Below are positions 53,501-64,000 of a stretch of 64,000 nt of DNA, piece after piece. The notes beneath the pieces were generated by a model that was not told where the DNA came from, made no database searches, and was given only the letters and a program-made list of their open reading frames with translations. The position numbers were made by a program, and so were the translations under genes. Every line of letters starts with the position of its first letter. Positions within the stretch are counted from its first letter, which is position 1. The DNA is from Sedimentisphaerales bacterium (lineage in GTDB: Bacteria > Planctomycetota > Phycisphaerae > Sedimentisphaerales > Anaerobacaceae): NCBI GenBank assembly GCA_963708075.1, contig OY970194.1:2112001-2176000 (forward strand), read 5' to 3'.

Positions 53501-56500
53501 CGGCACACCGTCCTCGCCATTGGGATGACCCTGGTCGCGATCTCCATCGTCCCCGTCGCCGCCCCGTCCGCCGCAATTCTGGATGGTGAAGCCATTGAAC
53601 ACGGTGCCGGCATCGGCGTTGGACGTGAAGACCACACCAAGGTTGGTGTACCCATTTGTCGTCAGGTAGCCATCGATGATGGTGGACTCGACAGTGCACG
53701 GGTCGTGCGGCGCCCTCGACGTGACGATGATCGATTTATCGATGACCAGCGCCTGAGCATTGTAGCCGCCGAAGTACCGGCCCGGATCTACGATGACCGT
53801 ATCGCCTTCACGAGCCGCATTCACCGCGTCCTGGATTGTCGAATACGCGCCCGGGCCCACGGCAAGCGTTCGGGCTATCTTCTTCTCGAAGGAGACGACC
53901 ACGACCTTGTCGGTACTCATACTGACGATGTTCTGCCTGGCCGTGCTGGCATCGGCGTCCGTGCCCACCCACTGGAACAGGCGGTAGCCCGGATCGGCCA
54001 TCGCATTGACATCGACGACTGTGCCGGGCGAGAGGAGATGCACTACCGTTTGGCCCGGCTCGACCGTGTAGATCCTCCTCGCATAGGCGTTGGGATCGTT
54101 CATGTCGATGACATCAGCGAAATCTGGATAGTAGGCGAACGTCGCCTTTCCATTGCCGACCACGCTCATCGTCAGCTTATAGCGGATGGCTTGACCGACA
54201 TAGAACGGATAGTGATAGCCCATGTCTGCAAAGCCGGTATCCGGCAGGCTCCGGATGTTCGTCGTGATCTGATTCACATCATACGTATCTTCCAGGTTCT
54301 GGAGCACGAACTGCTCGCCGGCGTTGATGCACGGGCTCTGTTGGGGCTGGCCGCCCCCGGCCTGGCTGAGGTAGAACTGGCCCATCGGGCCGCCGACCCA
54401 CAGCGGATCGCCGTTGATGTTGCTGTCGCCGTCGTCGCCATTCTCGATGTCCGAGAAGCTGGCGTCGCATCCGTAGAGGTCATCGCCCTGCCCGTTCAAA
54501 TCGCCCCACCGCCCGTAGAGAGGATCCATGGACAGCGAGCCGTTCCGGCCGATGATACAATCGGTGATCGTCGGGCTCGCATCGCGGCAGGCAACACCAC
54601 CCTTGGGCAGATTGTCGCCGGTGTCGCCGCCGGTCCCGCCATAGGATAGACCCCAGTTGTACGCGATCGTGCACAGGGTGATCGTGGCATCCGAATCGCG
54701 CAGGAAGATGGAGCCGCCGATGTCGCCCGACTGGTTCAGTGTGATCAGGCAGTTGATGATCGCGGCGGTCGCCCCGTTTTCGCCATAGAAACCGCCGCCG
54801 TAGCCGCCGGCGACGTTCCCGCTGATCCAGGTAGTCTTGATGATCGGCGAGCCGTTGGCGCACCAGATGCCGCCGCCGTTGCCGGAGGCGCGGCTGTTGA
54901 GAATCCTGCAGTTGTCAATCGTCGGCGAAGCCTCGTTGATGAGGATGGCGCCGCCGTTGTCCGCGCGGCCGTTGCGAATGGTCAGACCGCGGATGATATA
55001 GTTCGGGTCCTCGTTGCTGTCGAAGATGAAGCCGCGTCCGAGACCCATGACATCGATAATGCAGTCGTTTGGCCCATTCTCGCTGCGAATCGTCAGCCAC
55101 CGGACCTCATTGACGTCGAGGCCGGCGCGCAGATTCAGGTTGTAGTTGCCCGCGCCGGTGTAGATGCCATCGGACAGCACGATCAGGTTGTTGGGCCCGG
55201 CCGCATCGATCGCCGACTGGATCGTCAGGAACGGATTGCGAGGATGCGGGGTTCCAAACTCGTTGTAGAGACTGATCACGTTCTGGCCGATCCGCCCAAA
55301 CTCCACGGCGACCCGGACATCGTTGCCGTCGATCGTCACGGTGTTGTTCGGCTCGCGCGACAGGTCGTTATCGGTTCCGATCCACTGCCGCACACGGTAA
55401 TTCGGGTCGGGGATCGCCTTCAGTTGGATCTTCGTCCCGTCGTAGAACTGATCGCTGGCCGGTTCGAGCGTTCCGTGCGGCCCATCGCCCTTGTCAATCA
55501 CGATTCCCGTGTAGTTGAACAGTTGGGCCGGCCCAAACTCGACGATGACCTCGGTGTCCTTCTCGACGGTCACGTCGTTCTCCGACTTCGTGGAATTGTC
55601 ATCATCTGTGTTCGTCCACTGGCGCACCTTATATCCTTTGTCCGGCGTGGCGATCAGATGTACGACTTGACTGCCGAAGCCCGGATAGACGGTGGCCGTC
55701 ATCGGATCGACGGTGCCGTGAGTCAGACCCGTATTGGGATCAGGCTTGATTGTGACGGTCAGGCGGTACTGGACCAGGCCTTGTGCGTAATGATAGCCCA
55801 TGTCCACGATGTCGGCATCGCCTACTCCGTCGGTCCGCGTCGTGCGATCGGCCAGACCGATGGCACTGGCCGTATCGCTGCCGGCATCCACCGCCGGGCT
55901 TTGCTCGAGCTGCCCGGAGGCCGTCTGGCTCAGGTAGTGGCCCGCGATGAACAGCGGGTCCAAGCCAATGTTGTGGGTCTCCGGATCCCAGGTACGGGTC
56001 ACCGGATCCCAGCCGGGAATCTCGGACTGGCCTTCGATGTGGATCGAGGGAGCGATGCCGGAAATCAGGTTGATGCCGCTCATGATGGCGTCCACAACAC
56101 CATTGGCGTCCGCCACCTGCAGCATCGGCGCGCCTGTGCCGGCAGCCAGGTTCCGGAAGAACGCACTCGTCACAGGATCGCCGGCGATCTGCACCGGGAG
56201 GATCCGTTTCTCCGGGGTCTGGGACGCCGCCTGCACAATCTGCAGCAACGTGTAGTTCGTCTGCGGCTCGGGATCATGCGGCGGGGCATCGCCCATCAAC
56301 AGAATCAGGCGATCCACCTTGCCGGGGCGCCAACCGACGCCGTTGACATCCTCCAGGATACTGCCGTCGATGACTCGCATCAGGGCACTGTACACCGCCT
56401 CGGCGAAATTGAGGCCGCCGCCGACCTGAATCGCGTTGGCGGCCCCGGTCACGTCCCCGGGCACCTCGGTAAACGGCGTTCTGACGCGGAATACATAGTC

Positions 56501-59500
56501 CGTGGTCTCGCCGTTTGTGCCATCGTTGAAATCGCGGTAGTCCACGACGGCCACACGATAGTCCGGATGCGTCTGGGCAATCTGGGCCATGATGTCGTCG
56601 GCGGAAGCCCGGACGGCATTGATGTCGTCGAACATGCTGCCCGTGGAATCGATCAGGAACACGAGATCGAGCGGCCTGGAGACCTCGTTCGGGTCGCGAT
56701 CCGGCTGAATGTCGCTGTATGTGACACCGAGCCTGGAAGGCCTGGCCCCGTAGGGATTGCCACTGGCCAGAGCGATCTGGGAGCCATAGTAGTTGCTGGT
56801 ATTGCCCCAGAGAATGGAGTCGGTCATGACGGCGTTGGCGTCATAGGAGACGTAGAGACCGCCGCCGAGGGCAGACTCGAACGCGCCGGAGACGAAGTTG
56901 TCCACGATGGTGCAGTTGGAGATGGTCGGCTCATTGTACCAGTTGACGGACACGCCGCCGCCGTCGCGGCCCGCGTTGTTGCCGCGGATCAGACAGTTGA
57001 ACAGGATGGGGGCGACATTGACGTCCTGGTCGGAGCCTCCGAAGTACAGACCGCCACCGGAGGCCGCCGCGGTATTGCCGAGGAACTGACTGTCCCGAAT
57101 CGTCATCGGCGAAGCGATCCCGCAGAAGCCGCCGCCCCAGCTCATAAGGCCCGCCAGTCCGTTATTCGGGTCCAGGACGACGTTCGGGTCGATGTTGGAC
57201 ATCAAGGCGCGGTTCTTCGATACGACCGTCCCCTCGATAACGCCGGTGGACTCCACACTATACATGCCGCCGCCGTGATATGCGGTGTTCTGGGCGATGT
57301 TGCAGTCCGTGATCGTCGGGGAGGATCGCGACCACCACATACCGCCGCCGATGGCGGCGTTGCTGTCTTCAATGGTGCAGCGGATGAACTTCGGCGAGCA
57401 CTCGTTCTCGAAGGCGATGGACCCGCCGTAGCTGATGTACACGCTGTCCGGAATGGTGACCATGTTGATGTCGGCGGAGTTGTCACGGAAATTGCAGCTT
57501 TCGAATACCGGATCGCTGCCGCCGCCGATGTACACGGCGCCGCCGAAGTTCCTGATGTTCAACCGCCGGTCCGGAAGCGGATCCGGGCTGCCGCCTATGC
57601 CACACAGTCCGGCATAGGAGTGGTTGTCGATGAAATTGCAGTCGACGAATCGCGGGGAGCTGTAGTATTCGATGTATACGGCTCCGCCGTGGCCGCTGTA
57701 CTTCCAGAAATCGTCGAAGTAGCCAAAGACGCTGGAAGACGGACCACCGTAGTAGGATCGCAGGACGCCAGCGGCATCCCACGGGCCCCACTCCCAGCCG
57801 TCCCACCAGAGTCGAATCGTCTGCTCGATGGACTCCGACAGCATCCAGTTGCCGCCTCGTCCGCCGTTGGCGCCCTGGACACCGCCGCCGCCGTCGCCGC
57901 CGTTGCCGCCGTAGACGGCGCAGTTTCGGAACAGGCAGTTCTCAAAGGTCGGACTGCTGCGGAAACCGATGTACACAGCGCCGCCGTAAGCGTATCCGGC
58001 GTAGCCGCCGTCAAAGCCAACGGGGTGCACATCGTTCTGGCCGCCGTCGCCGTTGCCGCCGTTGCCGCCTCGTACGCTGCAGTCGACGAACTGGCAATTG
58101 CGGATCGTCGGCGAGGCGTCGTAAATCGTCATGGCTCCGCCCCACAGGGGTGAGCCGGGGTAGCCATCGTGATTGCCGCCGTCAATGTCGCTGCCGTCAT
58201 CACCATCCGCCCCGACCCAGTGGACATCCCCGATGCTGAGACCGTCGATGACAGTCTCGGGGCCGACCCCGCGAATTTCGAAGATGTAGCGATGCAGCCG
58301 GGTCGCCGCGACAGTACAAGGATCGTCCGGGTTACTGCCGGTCAACGTGATATTCTTGTCGTGGATTCTGATGTAGTTCCAAGGATACTCACTCGTCGCG
58401 ATGGCGGTATAGGTCCCCGTCGGAACGACGACCACGTCGCCGTCTTCGGCCGCGTCAATCCCGTGCTGAATCGAGATATAATCGCCGTTCGACCCGACAA
58501 AGATCGTCCTGGGCTGCTTGAACTCCACCGTGACGTGTCTGTCGGGACCGATGATGACGACACTGTCCGACTTGGTCGCTGTATCATCGGTGGTTCCGGA
58601 CCACTGGCCGACGCGCCATCCTTTCTCCGGGGACGCCTTGACCGCCACAGCCGTGCCTGCATAGTAGGTGCCGCTCAGCGGGCTGATCGTGCCGTGGCCC
58701 CCGATCACCTCGGTCGTCAGGGTGTACTTGGGCAGGTCCGTATGATTCGGGAAGTGATAGCCCAAATCCACCAGGCCCAAATCGCCGACGCCGTCGGTAC
58801 GCGTAGTCAGGCCTGCCAATGAGGAATCCGCCGCGAAAGTACTTCCGGCGTCCACGGCCGGGCTGTTGACGTCCTGGCCGGATCCCTCCTGACTCAGATA
58901 GAATTCGCCTAGCGGACCATCGACAAACAACGGATCTGCGTTGATGTTGGTGATATTCAGATCCGCGCCCGAAAGGGTTTCGATCTGCTGCCTCTCAGGG
59001 CTGACGTACCCGAAATCGCCATCCGGGTTCTCGTAGAACAGGCTGTGCGTGACGGAGGAGTTCGGGGGGCTGTCTTCGGCGATCGCATGTTTGGTGTTCT
59101 TGGTCAGGATGCAATCGCGAACCGTGACGTCCGAGTCCCAGTCGCAGTAGATGGCGCCGCCGAGCCTGTCGGCCATGTTCTCCGAGAACGTGCTGTTCGT
59201 GATGGTGGGCGTCGCAAAGAGCCCGGCCGCAATGGCGCCGCCGTTGCGCCGGGCGGAGTTGTTCATGAACAAGCAGTTCTTCACGCGATGGTCGACATAC
59301 CCGCCGTAGAAGCTGATGGCTCCGCCGGTGCCTTTGAGGCCGCCGGCTTTGTTGTAACCGAAGCTGCAATTTTCAATGTTGGCGTTGGTTCCCACGACGA
59401 CCATACCGCCGCCGACATCGACGCCCTTGCCCAGATACACAGTCCGCACGAAATCGCCACGATTCATGAGCCAGATATCGTAGATGAGACTGAGCCCGGC

Positions 59501-62500
59501 GTCGCCTAATATGCCAATATCGAGGACGTTCGTGCCCACGTCAGCCGGAGGCGCAATACCGCTCTCGCCCGTGGAACTGTTGTCGCTGATCGCGCCTCCT
59601 GTAAGTCTCACGGTTCCGGCGGTCAGGAACAATCCACCGCCGTTCTTGCCCTTGTTGCTCAGGAAATAGCAGTCCGTGAAGACCGCATTGAAGTCCTCGA
59701 AATGCACGCCGCCGCCCTGGCCATAGAAGCCGTCGGTGGCATCGTTGCCGCCGAAGATGCAGGACTTGAGGTTCAGGTCCAGGATGATCGGGGTGTTCGG
59801 ATCGCCGCTGTCATAGAAGGCATCGATTCCACCGCCGCTCTCACCCGTACGGTTGCCCGAGAAGGAGCAGCCTGTAATAGTGGCGTTGCTCTTGAGGCGC
59901 ATGGCTCCGCCGGAGCCGGTCGCGTCGTTGCTCTGGAAATCGCACTTATTGAGGTTCACCTCGGAGCAGAACGGACCGATGTACAACGCACCGCCCTCTT
60001 CCACAAAACTGTTGTCATAGTTGGGGATCGCTCTGGTGGTGGCTGCGTCGTCGGGAGCGGGCGCCTGGTTCCTGCTGAACAAGCACTCGTTGGCATCGAA
60101 GACACTCGATCCTTCCATGTGGACGGCGTCGCTCCTGTTGCGCGTCAGCGTGCAGCCCTGGAGGGATAGATCGCTGCCCTGCGTCGCGTAGATGGCGCCG
60201 CCGGGCGAGAACATGATGAGTTGATCTTCGAGGTTCATGGCCAGGCCGGTGATCAGCACGAATGTGAACGACACATAGGTGCTGTTCTCGTTAAAGGTGC
60301 AGTCGATGAACTTCAGGCTGGAGCCGTTCTGGTACACCGCACCGCCGGCGATCGTGCCGTATGTGGTCACGCTGCCGCTGGCGCCGGGACCGGCCGGGTT
60401 CGGATAAGGATCGGCCAATGCATTTCCAGGGCCATCCGCCCCGGGGGCGCCGACAATACCTGTCGTGGCCACGTTGTTGGCAAAGACGCAACGTTCGAAC
60501 ACAGCGTCACTGCCGGCTTCGCAGTACGCGGCGCCGCCATGGCCGTCGCCAATGGCGTTGCCGGCGTCGCCGCCCCAGCTCTCGCGCCCGTTGCCGTCGT
60601 TCGGATTGCTTCCGTTTCCACCGTCGCCGCCCATACCGCCCTGCGCCAGGCAGTTGCGGATGACGCAATCGACGAATCTCGGTTTGCTGGCGCTCAGACA
60701 GGCGATAGCTCCGCCGTAACTGTTCCCAGAGGCGTGACCGCCGTGGCCGCCCCAGTATCCATCGATATCTGAACCCTGGGGAATCATCGGGCCGTTCAAG
60801 CCGTTGCCGCCCTGGGCCGCGACGACCCTGCAGCTTTCAATCACGCATTTCGAGAAGGTCGGCGAGCTGCCATTCTCGCACAGGATGGCGCCGCCGTAAC
60901 CCGTGCCGGTTTCATCTGTACCACTCGGCATTCGCATGGGACGCGGGATGCTCGTATCCTCGCCGCCGTACTCATCCGGAATGATGAAATGCATCCCCCA
61001 GCCGCCGCCCGTGATGCCGACGGTGCCGATCCAGTAGCCGTTGCGAATCGTCAGACCTTCAATGAGGCAGTCGGATGTCTCTCCACGATAGAAGTGGAAT
61101 GCGCGCTTGCGGGTGAAGCGAGCGCCCTGGCAGTCGATGATCGTGTTGGCCACCGTATTCGGGTCATTCGGGTCCTTGGACATGATCCGGATATTCTTCT
61201 TCTGCAGATCGATGCCCGTCGGATCCGAGATATAGTGGACGCCTTCACTGATGATGATGTTCGTGTCGCCCGGGCTGGCGGCGGAAACCGCCTCTTCGAT
61301 CGTGCGGAACGCCTCCGGCACGTGCAGGTTCCGGGTCTTGTTCAGCTCGAACTCCACAGTGACGAACTTGAAGCTGCTGTCCATCGTCACGGAGTTCGTG
61401 TTGACGTTCCAGGCGGGATCGTTGTTGGTGCCGATCCATTGCCTGACACGGTAGTTGGGGTCGGGAATCGCCAGGAGCGGGATCACCTGGAATTCGTGGT
61501 AGTTGCCGCCCATCGGCTCGACCGAGCCGTGACCGCCGATCACCTGGATCACCAGTTGATACCGGCCCTCGCCCACATAGTGGAAGCCCATATCGACGGT
61601 GTCGGCATCGCCGACCTTATCCGTGCGGGTAGTGTGCTGATCCATCCCGCGGCTGGCGGCCGATGCGCTACCGGTATCCACAGCCGGGCTGGTCTCGGCC
61701 TGGCCGGCCGCCACCTGGCTGAGGTAGTAGGACTCCGTAAAGAGCGGATCTGCCGAGATGTTGCCCTGGAGCCAATTCAACGTGCGGCCCGCCTGGACGG
61801 AGATGCCGCTGCGGCCGCCCTGGATGTCACTGTATTTCACGGTCAGCGACGCCGGCCACTGCAGATGGATCGGATCGCTGGAACTGCCGACCGCCGCCTG
61901 CCTGCCCACCCGCGCGTTGTTACCCCAAAGAATGCTGTCCATCAGCGTGGTCTCACTGCTGTACGAGCAGAGCAGACCGCCGCCCTCGCCGCGACTGGAG
62001 TTGTTCGGATCGCTTGCCGTGTTCTCGACAATCGTGCAATTCGCGATCGTGGGCGCGGCAAACCAGTACGAGGTGACACCGCCGCCGCCGATCAGGGCCG
62101 AGTTGCTCTTGATCAGGCAGTTCTTGAGCATCGGGTTGCACGGATCGCCGCTGAAGTAGACGCCGCCGCCGGTGCCCCGCACGGTGTTCTCGCCGATGAT
62201 GCAGTTCTCGATCAGCGCCCCGGACGAGAAGGCAAATACGCCGCCGCCGGAACCCAGATCCAGATTCCTGGTCTGCGTCACCCGAGGGGGTACAAACCCA
62301 AAATTGGGATCCCACTGAGAGTTCGGATCGTTCGGATCGGGCCACAGGTAACTCGGGGCCCACGTGTTCGGGTCGAATGGAACCGGCGTGATACCGGGAA
62401 GGCTCACCGTCTCCGTCGGTCCGTTGGCCGCGTTGCCCCGGATGCTGCACTGGCGGATGGTGGGCGCACCGTTGCTCCAGTACATGCCGCCGCCGAACTG

Positions 62501-64000
62501 GGCCGTGTTGTTCTGAACCACGGTATTGAACACATCGACCGTGGCGCCTCGCCCGTACCAGTACAGGCCGCCGCCGAACGGCGCGTTGTTGTTCTCGAAG
62601 AAGCTGTTGCGCACGCACACCGTGCTGCCGTTGTACCAGTCGCCGATGACATCGTCGAGGATTCCACCGCCATAGAGACCGCCGCCGGCGCCGATCGTGC
62701 TGATCGCCCGGTTACTCACGAATGTAGTCTCGTTGATGTCGAGCCGGCAGTCGTGCCAGACATAGAGACCGCCGCCGTCGCCGACGTAGAGGGCATTGTT
62801 GGCATCGTATCCTGCGGTGTTGCCGAAATACGCGCCGCCGGTGATCTTGATGGTGCAGAAGGGGTCAAAAGCCTGACCGCCGCCGTGGGTTCCCGCCGAG
62901 TTGCCATTGATCGTGCAGGCAATGAGCTCGGTCTCGCAGCCCTGGGAATAGAACTCGCCGCCGCCGCTGTTGTCTGTGACCAGGTTGTTGCTGATCGTGC
63001 AGTTCGTCAGCTTGGCCTTGCAGTTCGGCATGTAGGCGATGGCGCCGCCGAAGTTCGTCGGAATGCTCCGAATCCCGGTTCCGGGGTCGCCCTGGCTGCC
63101 ACCCGAGCCACCCTGGCCGCCGGCGCCCAGGCTACCGCCTGAACCGCTCGGGCCGCCGTCGCCGCCCGTGCCGCCGCTGCCGCCGGCCCCGCCGTCATTA
63201 CCGCCTGCGCCGCCGCTGCCGCCGGCGCCGCCGGCATAAGAGGGCACAAGGTTCGCCCCGACGTCCTCAACGCGGGCGATACTTCCTGAGATCTCCGTAT
63301 CGGATATCTCGATCTGGCAGTCGTCGCCGAAGAAGATGGCGCCGCCCCAGGACCTGGCTCCGTTCTTGCCCATGTGGCCGCCGTCACCACCGCGGCCGCC
63401 GGGACCGCCGACGCCCGCAGCACCCTCCTGACCATCCGCGCCATCCTCCGCATCTCCGGGACCTTCACCGCCGGTGCCACCCGCACCGCCAGCGCCGGCG
63501 TCACCACCGGCCCCGCCCGCGCCGCCGGGACCGCCGTAGTTACCTGTCCCTTGCTGGATCCGGCTGTCTCTCACTATGCAGAACTTGATCACAGGACGGC
63601 AATTCGGTCCGAAATACATCGTGCCGCCCAGGGCTTCGCCGCCGTCGCCACCGTCGCCGCCGCGACCGCCGTCGCCGCCTATTCCGCCTGGTCCACCGGG
63701 ACCACCCGCGCCACCGGCGCCGCCGGCGCCGCCGGGCCCGTCATTGAAGCCCTCGCTGCCGGGTTGACCATCCTGACCCGCCTGACCGGTCCCGCCCGCC
63801 TGGCCTGCCTGACCATCCTGACCCTGACCGCCAAAACCACCGTCACCGCCGATAGCACGGTTATAGACAAACGTGCAATGCAGGATCAGCGGTGCACTAT
63901 TCGCGTCGAAATAGAAGGCGCCGCCATAGCCATGACCGCCGCGACCACCCTTGGCAGCGGGCGCACCCGGCGCCCGGGAGCACCATCGGCGCCCGGCTGA
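50530..64000 (-). CDS. Giant (>4400 aa) surface protein: collagen/Gly-rich N-terminal part, parallel beta-helix (GGA/GGG) blocks, InlB-B-like repeats, vWA, dockerin-like and FN3-like domains; 5' end outside the window; frameshifts at ~52130 and probably ~63975
   Basis: ORF 51473-63619 is open upstream to 64000; it joins ORF 50530-52209 as EPNITGLGGAVFCSY; vWA LVFLIDSTGSM; dockerin CDLERDGAIQFNDF..ADFTFDSRVNAIDL. Confidence 0.9.

Overview
High-GC bacterial window. The gene content (Tat-exported Gfo/Idh/MocA protein, PQQ propeller, DUF1080, CotH/lamin-tail proteins, PEP-CTERM, dockerin-bearing giant protein) suggests a planctomycete, probably Phycisphaerae/Sedimentisphaerales; this is inference, not a database result. 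Layout: (1) 1-15.4 kb, a minus-strand glycan cluster (GH57, GHL15-like, PA14/LamG protein, AlgI plus two AlgJ/X O-acetylation genes, pectate lyase, DUF4038, GH26-GH16); (2) 15.4-28 kb, gene remnants and mixed metabolic genes; (3) 28-45.5 kb, two divergent CotH-LTD paralogues whose last 1685 bp form a near-identical inverted repeat and bracket a REP-dense accessory island (MBL hydrolase, vapB plus deleted vapC, PEP-CTERM, RAYT transposase, MTase-Mrr fusion, HNH-AP2); (4) DUF1080 and aroA-aroC; (5) a >13 kb beta-helix/vWA/dockerin surface-protein gene running off the right end. Best leads: two alternative alleles of the MBL/MTase intergenic slot stacked in tandem around the RAYT/REP locus; strong enrichment of a D/E-P-N(C) motif in the giant protein (candidate modification sequon); three independent frameshifts at the same GAGACC->GAGAACC motif (possible methylome footprint); and a chorismate synthase lacking GESHG. 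No rRNA, tRNA, CRISPR array or reverse transcriptase was recognised. All counts and alignments were done by eye.
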